DNA from: Gnetum montanum
Taxonomy: Eukaryota; Plantae; Gnetophyta
Assembly (NCBI GenBank): GCA_015680685.1
Contig: MNCI01002498.1
Span: 248,001-312,000 of the forward strand
Length of the DNA stretch: 64,000 bases
Direction: 5' to 3'
Shown here: piece after piece, positions 12,700 to 27,589 of the stretch
Layout: the number at the start of each line of letters is the position of its first letter
How positions within the stretch are numbered: position 1 is the stretch's first letter
The notes under the pieces: model-generated
Database searches by the model: none
What the model was told of the DNA's origin: nothing
The model's input: the letters and a program-made list of their open reading frames with translations, nothing else
Position numbers and translations under genes: made by a program

Positions 12700-15500
12700 C
12701 TAAATCTTATTCATCATCACCTACAAATTTTCGTCTTCTTCATCAACCTACATGGAATTTGGATTAGCTATAAATTCCTAGATAATCTCCCAAGGATATA
12801 AAAAGAAAACAAAAATAAGATAGGATTGTTAGTTTCATTTTTCATCACATAATATAAAATAAAATGACTCTCCAAATCTTGGTACTTACCCTATATGTCT
12901 TTATACATCTCTAAGATCTTTTCTTCTATCTCTTCTAAGCTTAGGTTAGTTGTATCTAATGTGTTTAATGTTGAGCTTGGGATCTTTGATAGAATTCTAA
13001 TTCATCTTCTTCATAGGCCTTCAAATTCTGCAAGGAGATGTCATCATTCTTCCATTTTTTCGTAGGGTCCTACTAAGGGCTTCTTTATTGCTCTTTTGGT
13101 ATGGTAATTTCCACACTATTAGAAAGAATTTTAAACAATTCTTATAATTTAATCTATTTAATAAATAGACTTCTTATTTATCTTTCAACATACAGTCCAT
13201 TATTTTCTTTTAGCAGCTTGTAGTATTCTCACTTATACCAATGCTTATTGATTTGATGTTTTTTACCCTAATTCTTGCATATTACTGTAGAATTTCTTAA
13301 GCTAGTCATGAAATGCATTATGGCTAGTGTTGATCTTTTGCATTCCATCAAAGCTTTTTGGAATTCCATAGATTTATTCTTGTTTCTCTAGTAAGTATGG
13401 GGAGAAGAATTGTATCAAACTATGGCATTGCTTGTTAGTTCAACTTTGAGGAGCTCTACCTAGTTAGAGAGCATCTATATTTTCCTTTTATTTTATTCTT
13501 CTTTCTTGCATACTTTCTTTAATGAATCTAGAAGTATGGCATTTGTATTAGCTTACTCAATGGTCAATACTTTCATGTCATTTGCATAATTAAGAGTCAT
13601 GTTTATTTTATCCATAGCTATGTTTTTTACCACCATGTTAAGATTTATTACTAAATAATGAAAGTTCATCTTATCCTTATTTAATTTAATTTTTATTTCT
13701 AATAAATAAATAAATAATATTAGATTCTATATTGCTAACATAGGCATTATTCTCTTTTCAACAATGTTAAGCTTATTTACCTTCTCTTGAAAAAATCAAG
13801 TTTAACTTTCTCTTCATATCTTCAACCAAACCATTAAACATCAAATATTTATATTTAACAGAAGCCCATATTTATTTTTTCAGTTGTGTAAAATGTAAAT
13901 ATTGGCTAAGTTACTTATCATGTTTTGTGAAACTACATGTAATCTTTTGACACAACATCAAAATAAACTTACCATATGATGTGAAGAGTTTGGAGCTTGT
14001 CACTTTCTTAATTCATTTGTAAATCTATGAATCACTCAAAATTAGTTTGCTTATTAGAGGAGTGATGTTAGCAAGAGCTGGAGCATAGATCTAGATTTCT
14101 CTAAAAGCTTGTCCCTTTGACTTTCTTGAGTCTATTGCTCTTCCAAGTGTGTTTCATTGCAGTTCAATTCAAAGAGATTAGAAAAGGAACATAAAATTTC
14201 TCTATCACCTTCTTCATTATTCTATTATGAAAGAAATTCAATAAAAAAATATTTCTTTTTGCTTATATCTTCCTTCTAGCCTTTAGGAATAGAAGGAAGT
14301 TTGGAATGTAGCTTTTTCACTTCACATTCCAAAGGTCTCTTTTCCCAAGCCAGTTTTGAAAATAAGCAAAGTGTTAACATTGCATCACAATTCACCACCA
14401 TTAATACTAGAAATTACATATGTAAGTTACACTTAGTAAATATGTAATTTTATGCCAAAAAGAGAAAAAATTATAATTATTATTATCTCTTGTAGCTTCC
14501 TAAGATATTTTTATTCCATGATTCTAAAGAAATATCTTCCTTCTATGAAAGAGGCTTCCTCTTTATAGAAGTCCTTTTATTCTCTATAGTTTAGGGTATG
14601 TTTCCAAAAATTTTCTCCTTTCTTGCTTGTGCATCATCACTTATTTTCTTCTACAATTCTTTGATTCTCTCCAACATAGTCCCATACAACTCATACAACT
14701 ACATGGGAATAAGTTCCCATTTTTTACTAATCTTATTACAAAATAATCATTCAATGAAAAAAGGAAATAAGTTTTTCAAGTCTTTGTTTTCCCTCTTATG
14801 TACATTGATGGCATCTCTTTTTTCTAATCACACTCACTCCTCTACTATTAGCTCTACTAAATCTATTTTTGAGCTATCAATCTTTATTTCTCACTTTGGT
14901 AAACATAACCAATACATTAATGTAGCTAGGACCTAGGTATTGATAACTTGCTTCCAATCCACATGCACTACAGAGATAGCTTTCTTAGTTGAGTAGCTCT
15001 ATATTAGTCCAACACATTCTCCCACATAAGGATACAGGTGCCTTAAATTCAAAGAATAGAAAGTCTATAGCCTATCAAACCTATGGAAATACTTGATGGC
15101 TTAACCTTTAAATAGTCACTTTCTAATGCTTTATGCTTTACTAGTCAATCTAACTTCAAACTCCTGTGCTAGGTTAGTGACATTAATAAATTTTACATTA
15201 AGAATGCTTATTTGAACTACAGTAATTATAGTTGACTATTAGTATAATTTACTACCCTTTCTATCTTTTGCTAATAAAGAACTAAGTATGAACTTATACT
15301 TTTAGGGTTTAAGATGACTCTTGATCCCTTTGGTCACTCTACATTTTCACCATGGGTTTCACCTCATATAGGATGAAACCATTCTCTTTTGTCATACTCA
15401 CTTCAAAATCTATGAAGCGTTAATTCCTTATACTATGCATCAAAACATGACATCACCTAAGATCATTAGTTTTAATGCTGAAAAATATTTCATAGTAGAT
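12700..15500 (-). pseudogene. Decayed antisense intron-containing accessory gene of the outer element
   Basis: Minus-strand donor sites GG|GTAAGT (~12888), AG|GTAAAT (~13780), TG|GTAAGT (~13971) with alternating coding-like and AT-rich blocks. Position equivalent to the inner element's antisense gene. Confidence 0.45.
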
Positions 15501-15588
15501 TTTCAGAAAAATGCTAAATGATTAAGATATTGTATGTTTGGATCAACAAACCTACATGACACATCAAAGTTAGTTTAATTAACATGAG

Positions 15589-16833
15589 TGAAATACCACC
15601 AAAATTTGCATGTTATAATCATCTTTCATCATGTAGCCTTCACCCCATGAAACCTAAGGTAAAAGTTCATTGTAAATGTGAAGATTGTAACATGTGAGAA
15701 GAAATCTCACATATTTCATACTTTTGGGGCTAAAAAAGGCCTCACAAGTGGTCAAATCCTCATTCCCCAAGTAAAAAGAGTCACATAGTCTCTATATTTG
15801 GGCTAGGGGAGGGGTGTGAAAATGACTTTTGGAATGTCAAAAATGGCAATTTGATGGGTTTTATTGGGGAGGCATAGACTTTTCTATGCTAGAAACACAT
15901 GTAGGGGATAGATCTCACATACCCCTAGTGTAGAGGGGTGTGGATCACCTACAACCAACATCAAGGGATAGACCTCAATGTGGAGGGATATGGTGGCATT
16001 TATGCTCAGCATGGAAACTTTATCCCTAGCATGGAGATTGCATGCCCAACATAGAGATTGCATGCCCCTAGCATAGAAGCCACATGCACCAGATTTCAAC
16101 ATTCCATGCTCTTCAACATTGACCATGGACTCTAACGAGGATGATAGAAGGTCCAACATGGAAGGTCTACCTCTAGCAGAGATAGTGTGTCCCCATTACT
16201 ATTTATGGTAAATGAAATGGTCATAAGGGTTTGGCACTTTTCATAAATAGTAACCCCCAAATTGGGCATCCATTTCACCTATATGTGGTAGAAATTTATA
16301 GAAATTTGCATCCAATTTGTCACCTGGATTACCACCAATTTGTAGTAAAAACTGAAGGTTCAAAACCTATAAAAATAAGCATCAAACACCATTTTGAGGT
16401 TTGACACTTTGGCATTATGAGAATTTTAGCATTCTTAACACCCAAGAGCTCTTGCAAAACTTTCATAAATGTAACTTCTTGCAGCCTTCTAGGGTGGAAT
16501 CCTCGTGACCTTATTATCCCCCTTGAGATTTGTAAGTTTTAGTTTCTATGCTGCACTCCTAGGATTCCCAACTCCTAACATGGAGCACTTTGGTAGCCAA
16601 ATCCTTAGCATTTCTCAACCCCACTGCCCCTGCCCTTGCCCCCCCCCCCCCCCAACAACATAATGTTAGTAGTGACCAACATTGTAGATCTAGAGTAATA
16701 GTAGAGAAGGTTCGATAGTATCAAGAGTGGCTTAGCATTTGGATTGTGTAGTAAATCATATCGGCTTCAATAGACTCTAAACCCCTAGCCAAGTGAATTT
16801 CTTTTTCTCTTTCATGAGTAACATTTGTACACA
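15589..16833 (+). repeat. 5' LTR of inner Tat element
   Basis: TGAAATACCACC...TTTGTACACA, aligns with 43928-45185. TATA-like CCTATAAAAA at ~16366. Confidence 0.88.
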
Positions 16834-18789
16834 TCCCCTGAACTCATTTTTTATTTTTTATAAAGTTTTAAGATTTCAATTTTTGTATGCAATCTACATT
16901 TGCTTTTTGATTTTTAGATTGTCCAGGGCATCTTGAATCCCATATTTTAGAGGCCCTAGGGATTCATGGTTAAAGGAGTTATGTTGAGATTTTTAGTTTT
17001 TAAGCGATCAAATTTTTTAGTTGATACAATTTTTTGGTGATAGAAGGAGGGTCTCTACTTGATTATTGTGTTAAAATCTACTTTCTTATAGACAATGTTA
17101 ACCTTGAAGCTATAATCTTCATTTTGCAACTGAAACCTTTGAATCTGCATTATAATCAATACTACAGTCCATGTGCCTTTGATTCAAAAATCTATTGTGG
17201 GAGTGGTAGGTGTTTGGGTTTTGAAATTTTTATAGTAGTTGCTGTGAATTTCCAAAGCTAAAGTTGATCTTCAAGTACATTTTCTTTTTCTTGGTTGTCA
17301 AAATTCTCTTAGTTTTCAAATTTGGTGGTTTCAGCCTTTCTGGAAGCCATCAAACCATTAGAAGTCAACCAAAACACCATCCCCTCCTTCCTAGCTAGGA
17401 AAACTAGCAGCCTACAAAAACCATTTTTTGGTGGAAAACATCAACTTTCCACTTTGGTTTCCAGCACCTTCCTCCATCAACATTAGCAAGGAAGGTATGA
17501 GATTTTCCTAATATCAACCCCCTTTCTTTCCCACTACTACATCCAACGTAGGTGAAACTAGGAAGCCTAGTGTGTATGAGGTTTGGAACTTATTTCTAGC
17601 TTTTTATTTTTGGCAAAGGGATGTACCTCCCTTAACCCCACTTACTATTTATAGTAAGTAGCTTATTTTTGGTCATTTTTGCTTCTTTTTACCATTTTTA
17701 AATTCCACTTGCTAGAATTTATGCTTTTTTTAATCTTTCATAACCTATGCCAAGCCTTTTTGTTTTATCATCATAGCCATGTGTTTCAAACAATCAACCA
17801 AGTTACCCTTCATTTTCATTGACGGTGGGTCCAACCAATAAGCTTGAAGGACATATGACCCCAAGGACCTTATGGTAGTCAAATGTAGATAATATTTAAG
17901 ACTTAGGGGGTAGAGTCATAAGTTCTTAGTAGTAAATGAAGAATACTACAACTTCATTTGTGCCAAGATCTAGGTTGGCATGCTGATTTTGTGAATGGAA
18001 GTAGAAGCCAAGAGAGAATTTGAGCTTATACATCGTAATGGAAAGGAGTATATTCCCTCTTTGTATGATCAAATACATCTTTATGATGTCCATGCCATCA
18101 TCCTAGCTCACCTAATTAAAATGGAAGAAGAGGATTGATAGTCTAACTTGGATGGGTAGCCAAAGGAGGAAGATGAGTTCAAGGTAGAATTTGAGCCCAA
18201 AAATGTCTTGGGTGCACGTTTCCAACAAGCCACTCCTTGGAAAATAGGGCCTACATCCACTGCTTTCATTTCTTTCATAGAGCATGTCCCTCCACCTTTA
18301 GCCTATCTTGACTTGACCATGTTTGGATCCATGCTATTCATAGTCACACATTAGGCCCAATTGGTACCATAGCCAACAACCTATAACATCTCCATGTCTT
18401 TTGCCACATAGCCCTGATCTGTGTAGTCATTGGAAGTGGTTGTCATGATCACAAATCCATTGACTAACCAAGTAGGATCCACCATGGGACCCCAAGCAAC
18501 CCATGGATCACACACCCCCTTTGTTCTATTTGTGCCCCAAGCACCAACATAAACACCTTTCTCGTTGTTTGATTTGTTGACTACAGCTATAACACAACCT
18601 CTCCCCTCTATGCAACAACTAATAGCGAGGCCACAAGCCTTCCAATAAATGTCACAACCATTTGTACAAACCCCACAATTAATAGGGGCACCATAAGGCC
18701 TAAATTAGGCCTTTCAAATGATCAAGGACCTACTGGAGAAGTTGAAGAGACTTAAAGCCTCTACATCTTAAAGCGTCAAGATCATGAAC

Positions 18790-21170
18790 TTCTCCCAATA
18801 TGATTCCATTAGCCTTGTGGTCCCACCCTTGATGTTTCCTGGTGTTCCCATCCCTTAATTTAGCAAAGTATAATGTAGAAGGTGATCCCAATGCTCACCT
18901 TATTACTTTCTACTTTGAGTGGTTGTTGTTGCAACCATGGCCATACACCATAATGAGGATCTTCCCTATGCCTTTGACAAAGAGGGCACTTGACTAGTAT
19001 CATGCCTTACCAAGGGGATCTATATTCTCTCTTGAAGAATTGATAGCACAGTTTGTTAATTGCTTTAAGTATAACATAAAGCCTGACACTATGATTGACC
19101 AATTGATGAAGATCAAGCAAGAATCCCTTGAACTAGTGTAGAAGTTCATCCAATGATGAAACAATCTACTTAATGAAATACTAGAGCCTATACTTAAAAC
19201 CTATCTTTTGGCTATATTCAAGGGGATGGTTAATGACTTTATAAAGTTCAAGCTATATTTTCTTGACCTATGGCCACTTAGTCAAGCATTCTACAGAACC
19301 AAAAACATAGAGGATGCTGTAGAAGCTAGCCACAACCTTGCTTATGTGGCATATAGAAACCAACACACATGGAGGAACAAAGAAAAGGGTAAGTAGAATA
19401 CTGTAGCTATAGTGACGATAGCTAAAAAGAGCCAAAATCACTAACCAAGGCCCAAGGGCCAACCCATCCAAAGCCCCTACTAATAATTGTGATAGACAAC
19501 CATCAACCTCTAGGGCATTGCATCGATTGCTCCTAGGTCAAACTTTATGTAGAAGGATACAAAAAAAATACACTAGTTTATCTTTGAAGCCATCTGAATT
19601 ACTAGATTAAGTGTTGAAGAGTCGATGTATACAATACAAGAAAATGATCGAAGCACTTGAAAGAAGCATGAGAGGCTATGTGAAATAGCCAAAGATCCCA
19701 CTTGACCAATGAAGGATGACCCTCAAGTACCTAGGTACTTTAAGCTAGACTACTTTTGCCACTATTACCAACTACCTACTCATGACAAAAAATTTTACCT
19801 TGCATTGAATAATGACCTACATAAAATGATAGATAGGGGAGAGTTGGTCCTAGATGCCTCCAACCTAGTTTAACTGCAAAACCAGGTGATGTAGGTGTAT
19901 AAGAATCCATTGAACAGGAATAATAGCTCCTATGTTATATCAGCATTCAACATTGATGACAACTAGAGATCAAGGGAACCATTCATGATCTAAGTACCCC
20001 CTCATGATGAAAGGCCTTCTTTAGTGTCCATCAACTTAGGATCCCATTCATTGTAAGAGTACCATTGTGAGCACCTCTAAAAAATCCTTTTGTTATCAAG
20101 GTATCCCAACCCAACATAACCCAACTAGTCACAAGCCAACTAACCATAATAACCGCAAAACAACCTCCTATGATGGCTAATGCTACAACCTCTTCCTCAA
20201 AACCACCAAGTGATAACCAAAAAGCCTCAACCAAGTAGAGGAAGAAGCATAAGCAAAAGCCTAACAACAAGGATGACAAGCATACTGAGGCACAGAAGGA
20301 AGTGGACCCACTAAAGCCCACTTCCATATCGTCCATATCTATGACCTCCCCTTCTTAGCCTGCTTTAACTAGTAAACCATAGGAGGATCCCAAAACTCGA
20401 AACTAGAAAAAAGAGAAGAGACCTAAAAAAAATAGCCTAAGGCTAAAGTTCGCATATTGGGATGCATAAAGGAAGTAAAGCACAACTGGGATGACAAGCC
20501 CATAGCCAACAACAAAAGCTTCCTCAATGTAATGAAGTAAGTCAAATAGTCCCTCAAATAGAAAAATATAACCTTAAGCCTATATGAATTGATCATGACT
20601 TCTACTACACGTTGCAAAGTGCTTATCAAAATGTTGACTTTTATCCCCATTAGTGAGGACATCCCTACTAGCAAGGAATCCATCCATGCAATAATGGTTT
20701 CTTCTTCACTGATGGAAAATAAGTCAACATCATTGATATTTAGTGATAGTGAGGTCTAGATTAGCCCCCAAAATGGCAGAGTGACTAGGGCTCCTATTTT
20801 CAAAACCATACGTATAGGATAATACAAGGTGCATTGAGTGCATGTTAACAATGGTGCCACAAAAAATGTTGTCCCATGCATCATTGTTGAGCACCTAATC
20901 TTGACTAAGAAAATACAACATATGACAATCACAGCTCTCAAGTGCTTCAATAGAGCAAGGGTTATTGTGAAGGGGTCTATCTCCTTGGACTTTATAGTAG
21001 GAAGGTAATTCCCTACAACCACTAATTTCTTGATGGTGGAGCATATTCCACTATGTAACCTTATCCTAGGAAGATTTTGGTTGGCTCAATTACAAGCCAT
21101 GTCTTCACCTATCGACTAAGAAATTCATCTTCCTTACAAGGGAGATGAAATCATGATTCATGGTGATAAC
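18790..21170 (+). pseudogene. gag and protease of inner Tat element
   Basis: KYNVEGDPNAHLITF, LTKRALD*YHALPRGSI, YFCHYY knuckle (~19750), VHVNNGATKNV (~20840), CNLILGRFWL (~21055). Confidence 0.88.
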
Positions 21171-22079
21171 ATGATTTCCCTGGCTATCAACAATGTAGGC
21201 ATAGAGCATAGGTCTAAAGTGGAGTTTTAAGAAGAAACTCCCAGTCATGAAGTCTAGCAACTCGAGAGAGTAGAGAAAGCCAAAAGAGATAACAATGAAT
21301 AATGGGATATACTATGGAAAGATTTTCCCTTCAACATTGTTAGTGAAGGAGATAGGGAATATAAACTTATGCAGAGTAGGCCTGATATGTTTCCTAACCT
21401 ATCAAAGCTTAGGAAAACCTTGCACAAGTAAGGCACACCCCTAATCCTTCCATGGTATACCCTTGTAACCTTTGTAGCCATGCATTGATAAGTAGTTAAC
21501 CTAGATTTCCTTGGTTTCCTGTTGATTATTTATGTTAGCATTATTTTTTTTGCTTTATTTCAAAATTTTTAGCATGTAGCCTAGAGATTTATGTTTATTT
21601 GCATTTCTATTGGCCTTTTTATTTCTTTATTTTCATTGTTTAGCATGGTATAAAACTAGGAAACCCATAAAAATTTTAAAAATAGAAAATTGCCAAAAAA
21701 AATATGAGCTTCTTTTCAATGTAACTAAACCCACCATGGCCTAAAACTAGCAATGTCACCTAGCTCACCATGGCCTAAAACTAGTAAGCATCTCTTTTAT
21801 ACTATTTATGTTTTAGCCTATAATTGCATCATTTAGCTGTTTAACTTTACAGCCAAGATCAACATAGCCATTTACAATGTTTATATCACTAGAACAATAT
21901 ATAGCCAAAAAATTGAAACAAAAAAAAATTAAATTTAAAATGTTTATAACATGCATAGCCATGGCCACACTATGAGGAAAAATATGCAAAAAAATAGTAA
22001 TCATCCATAACATAGTCTTGGCTAATAATAGCCATCAAGAAAAACAAAAAAAACATGTATCCAACAAGTTAATATATGC

Positions 22080-25000
22080 AAATTTAGGATGCTAAGGGGC
22101 ATCTAGAGGAGGAAGTGGTGGGTCATCCCCACCTTCATCACTAGGGCCACCAATGTCTCCTAATGCCTAAAATACAACAACACAATAGCCAATCAGTAAC
22201 TAATAACCAAAACTACAACATAAATAAGACCAAAAGATAAGACTAAAAAAAATAAAATACATCAAACCTATGGGAAATTTGGATCCATAACCTTAGAGGG
22301 TAGATGCTAAAGACCATTCTCCAAATGATGGAGAATTTGTTCTTCCTTCATACTAGCCCAACTAATATCCCCAAGATCAATGTCTTTGAGGATGTTAGTC
22401 CTATCCACTTTTGTCCAAATAGGCAATTTCCAAGTGATGGTAGCTATAGAAGACTCACTTGAAATAATGGTGATCTTAGGAGTAGGAGATTTTTCCACCA
22501 TGAGAGTGCTCTCAAAGAGCGAGTAGGCATTCTCTACTTGAATTTCATAAATGAGTAACTTCATCTTTCATTATTCAATTGGCTCCTCTTTGAGCCACTT
22601 TAAGTAGGCCTCGAAATCACCTTTATACTCTTGCTTGTGGTCCTTTTGTATCTTATCACACTCTAGGATCCATGCACAATGGTCTTTCTAATCCTCATCC
22701 TTTTAGGAGATAAAGATAAATTTGCATTTTTTGATCCACCATCTCTTGTGAGAGTGCCACCTTGTCATGGATGGTATGCTAGTAGTGGGCCCATGTGATC
22801 TCTCTGGTTCACAAGTTCTCTAAGTTAGCCACATGAGCTTCTACAAAGGACTTGAATTCCTAGAGTTCCCTGATGGTTGTAGCCTACCACTGAGTCTCCT
22901 TCCTTAAGGTCACAACCTACTCCCATAGGGATTTTTTGGACCTCTCCATCTCCCATGAAGTTTTTGTGCATGAAATTACTATATTAGTAGTAGTTTTGTA
23001 CAAGTTTAAGGGTACACTCTATACAATGAAGAAAAGCTTTGACAAGGAGTCAAAATCCATGTCTTAGCTGGGGTCCCTCTCCATAGATGGCATTGTAGAT
23101 AACACATAACCATAAAATACAATCATAAACATAGTTTACAACCTAAGATAGCCATAACATAAAACAACTATTAACATAGCAAAACAACTAAGGCATAGAA
23201 AACAAAGTTCATACCTATTTTGGGTGCAACTTGTTGTAACTGGTTGATGATGTCCTTGGCCATTCCATGCATGAACTCCATCTTTTTTGGGACCTTTGCC
23301 CATGGTTTCACATGAAACATAGGGGAAGGGCCCTTCGCTAGTGGCTTAAGAACTACTACAACATAACAATAATCAAATTGTTAGAATGAAAACCAAACCG
23401 AAAAACATAGGTTATAATGAGAAGCATTAAGATGTGTACACTGGCCCCTCCTCCTCCTCTGAGATGATGATAGGAGATGTACCTAGTACTACCTCACTAA
23501 ACAAGGCATCTAGATTATCTAGGCCTACATGCACTAACCCTTCAACCTCATGTTGATGTAAGAGTGTCTCCTCTGCATGCCTTTGTACTTCCTCCAATGC
23601 AATGACTACATGTCTCTATGCTTCCTCCTCCATGGCAAATTAGGCTATCATGTCCCAATGCTTATCTATAACCATTGCATATAAAAAACCAATTAGTACA
23701 TGAAACCATAACATAGCCATAAGTCTTAAAACATAGAATATCCAAAACATAGATAAAGCTTATCTGTGACTGCTTGATGTAATGGTTTATGCTTGAAATT
23801 AAGCTTCTTCTAAGTGGATTTCTTTGATGCTGGTGGTGCTTCCTCTAAGGGCCTCTTAAGCTTGGCCTTGGCTACTCCTTTGGCCTCTCTATGTAACCAT
23901 TATGCCATTAGGATGCTCACAAGAATTTTCAAGGGCTCCTCACCTATGCTATCAGGGGTTTCACACTACCTACCACCAAGATCCTTGGTAGTGAAAAATA
24001 TTGAATCTTCCATCTCATCTAGTGGATTCTAGGCTTGCATGATTGGATAAATATGCTTTATCCAAGGCCTAGAAAGTTGGTCCAAGTCTTGGACCACCCA
24101 TTGTACATTCCTCCACACCACTAGAAACTCCATAAACCTCTTTAAATAACCTATAAGGAATGTAAAATGCATGTGGATTATGGTAGATGTATCATCGTAG
24201 AGTTTAAGAATCTCCTCTTGAAGCCTAGTGGCCAAGGAAACTACCCAATTAAATCTAGTATTCTTCATTAGGAACTTCTTAAAGGTCCATCCCTAGGCAA
24301 TCCTAATTACATTCTTTTGTGATAGTAGTTTAGGAAATGCATGAGATCTAAATAAAGGATAGGATGCCTTTGCTTCAAGATTTGTAAAGCTATCCATGGA
24401 AAGCCTGGAGTGGCTCTTACTAGCACCATACCACTTGAAAACTTCCTCACGATGGCCTGCTTCTTTTTCTATTTTGGTGGCAACCTTTGCCTTGTTATTA
24501 GAGACATCAAAAAAGTTACAAAAGATGTCCTCATTGATGGGTATGGTAATTGGCATGTCTCAAATTGTATTACTAAAATGATTGGATTCTTTGTTGACAA
24601 AGTCAATGATGTTCAACATCTCTATAGTGGGGATGAAAGGGATAGGTGCCATGAACACATCAAGCAAACATGAATACTTAATGTTTACTTGGATGTATCT
24701 AGCATCCTATCCCCTCAACCATTCTTATGCTAGCATCACCTCATCAAGTTTTAGGATGAGGGTATCCTCATGACATCCTAAAACTGATAAGGTAACATCA
24801 ATAGAGGTGGAAGGTCCTGCAAAACAACAAAAAATGTTTAGCATCAACATAGGCATGTCTAACAACTATTTAAAATGATAGAACACTTAAAACCTTAGCA
24901 AAAATGAAATATTAATCATTACAACCCATGTATTTATCTTTTCTCTTCTTGCTTGATGTGTTTTGCATAGAGGTCTCAGTTGCAAAGCTCTGATCCTGAG

Positions 25001-27330
25001 TGCTCATAGAGCCCACTCACCAATTATGTACTATGTTGTTGGCCACATACTTCTTGTAGATAGGGTTAAAATCTTTAGTGTATCTATCAAAGTCCCATCT
25101 TAACTATTCATACACAATAGTTTTGATCTAAGAGCCCTTGGTAAATACCTCTAAGGTGGTTTAAGCCATTGCCAAGGTTTGATCATTAGTGATCAAGCCT
25201 TGATCACTGATCCTATACCTGCAATAAGTTCATAAAATAGACAAGTTAGAAAAGGTAACTTAGCCAATAAAGCCAAAAATATCAAAATGCTATAAAACTA
25301 GGTTTAACCCTATAGAAGATATATGATGCTATGTTTATTTTGAAACAACATGTGGACTCTGTGCACCACCATCAGAGTACTATCAACATTATACTGATAG
25401 TACCCTGGCATAGTCTAGATCTATGCAAGGTATTGTGTTTTAATGAGGTTTATTACTTTCCCTACTACATGAGGTAGTCGATCTTGAGTGATGAACCTAA
25501 AAATTAGACTAGATTCCTGAGGCATCAATGTCTTCACTATGACCTTGAGCATGTTAACAAACAAGTGTGACCATAGCATCACACTAAATTTTTGTAGGAT
25601 GTAAACAAGAAATTCCCTTGGTCCTAGTCAAAACCATAGAGAGACCCTCTTTAAGGTCATGTTGGGAAAATGGGTGTTTTCCTTTGGGTGGCCAATGCAA
25701 CATAGGATTCCTACTAACTCAACAGTATTGGTTTTAGCAAGGCCTTGCATGGGAAAACAAAATTCACACAACCACTTAGGATTTCTTGAAAAATTTGCAA
25801 AACATCATAGTTAGGGATGAAACTCTAAGGTTTTTATTCAAATTCTTTCATGAGCTTAATAAAAAAATTATTGAAACCCTTGTATCCATTATGCATTATA
25901 GCCGAGAATCATAATGTATTCCAAAACCATATTGACAAACAAAAATAGCCTTAAAACCTAGGAAACAACTATAGAAAAAAGCTTACTAAAAATAGTGAAC
26001 TATTTTTATTTTTAATGAAACCAATATTAGAACATAATTAACATCTTTTGGAATCTTTAGGAGTGTGGGCCATTGACAAGAAAAATTTCCAAACATGTCG
26101 ATGCTACCCATCCCCAAGGTGTACATTGTTACAACCAAGGAAAACCCTTATGTGTGTGACTATATGGGAAGATTCATCAAAAATTAATCATGGCTTCAAA
26201 TTCAATGATTCAACTGCCATTGGAATATTGAAATCATGAGCTACATAGTGATGACTATAAACTCTGAAAATTATCATAGGATTCAATAGAAAATGAAGCA
26301 AACTGAGTATTAACGTGACCATTATTGAAAAAGCCCTAATTAGCACAATTATAGCAAAAAATTCATAAAACATTTATTCTTACTCCAACCAAAGTGATTC
26401 CACCTCCTTTGGAAAGCTTAAGAAAAAATATACATAGCCATCATTATAAAATAGCCGAAACCATTGTTGTTTATTTGGATAAAATTCATAGCTTTACATG
26501 AAATTCTAAAAAAGACCGCACAAAATCCAACTGCACAAGCTAATTGAAATGGCCATAACTTCGTTGTTGCAAATCCAAATTGAACAAGACCAGAACTAAT
26601 GGAAAGATTAAACATAGAAATAAAATCCCATAACCTTATATTACAATAATATTTAGCCATTTTCGTAATAAAAAATTCATAACTTTGCTTTCATTTTTTC
26701 ATCAAAATACATTGAAAAACACATAAAATTCATAAAATCTAATTTTATTTCATCATGAATTAAAGCCAAAAAATCCATGCATCCTTATACCCACATAAAA
26801 ACGATCAAAATATGGGATGGGGTTTTGTTAGAATTTAATTTTGAAAATTATTAAGGCTTAGATCTGTCAAAAATAGTCCCATCCCAAAATTAAGAAAAAA
26901 AGCCACATAAAATAGTAAACTTAATGTTAGAAATTGAATCTACCAAAGCCAAAATAACAAAATAACCTTAGATACACATAGAAAAAGCCAAAATATGAGG
27001 TGGGATTTTGTCATAATTTCATTCTAACCCCTCCCTCAGTGTAGATCTAACAAAAATGGCCCATACCCTAGCTAGGAAATCCCAAAAATAGCTAGAAAAA
27101 TAAGAAAAATGGCTACAGTTAGACTACCTTGGAGTGGCCATTTAACATTCTTGGAGGAGACTAGCCTAGGAAGCTTAGAGATGTTTCTTTCATCCTCATC
27201 TAGCTTCTAAATTCTTGGATTCTTGCTTTTCCCTCAACACTGCTTCATCTTTGCTACACCAATGCTGAGGAAGATTGAGATTTGGAAGGGATGAAGCCTC
27301 TACACTGGTTGGGAGAGAGATATAGTGTTT
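22080..27330 (-). pseudogene. Antisense multi-exon accessory gene of unknown function inside the inner Tat element
   Basis: Candidate GT-AG introns at 26417-27127, 26264-26383, 25219-25308, 24817-24922, 23356-23439 and 22167-22267, several with CTAAC/CTGAT branch-like motifs ~20-28 nt before AG. Exon blocks read open apart from TGA/TAG lesions. Confidence 0.7.
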
Positions 27331-27589
27331 CCATGCTAGGTATGGATGGAATTTGCAATAAAAATCTCTATTGGAGCTCTCTTCCAATGCTTTATTAGCT
27401 AAAATTGAAGTTATGATTGAAACTTACAAAAATTTTAACATAAGAACTAGATCAAAACCTAAACACCTACTCCTAAGCCCTTGTTGCTAATTCTGTGCAC
27501 TAGAAATCAAAGTGCACTGAAGTGCAAGTGGAGGAAAGTTTGAATTTTGAGCAGTGGACCCATCATATGCCCTCACTCTTAGTTAGAAA

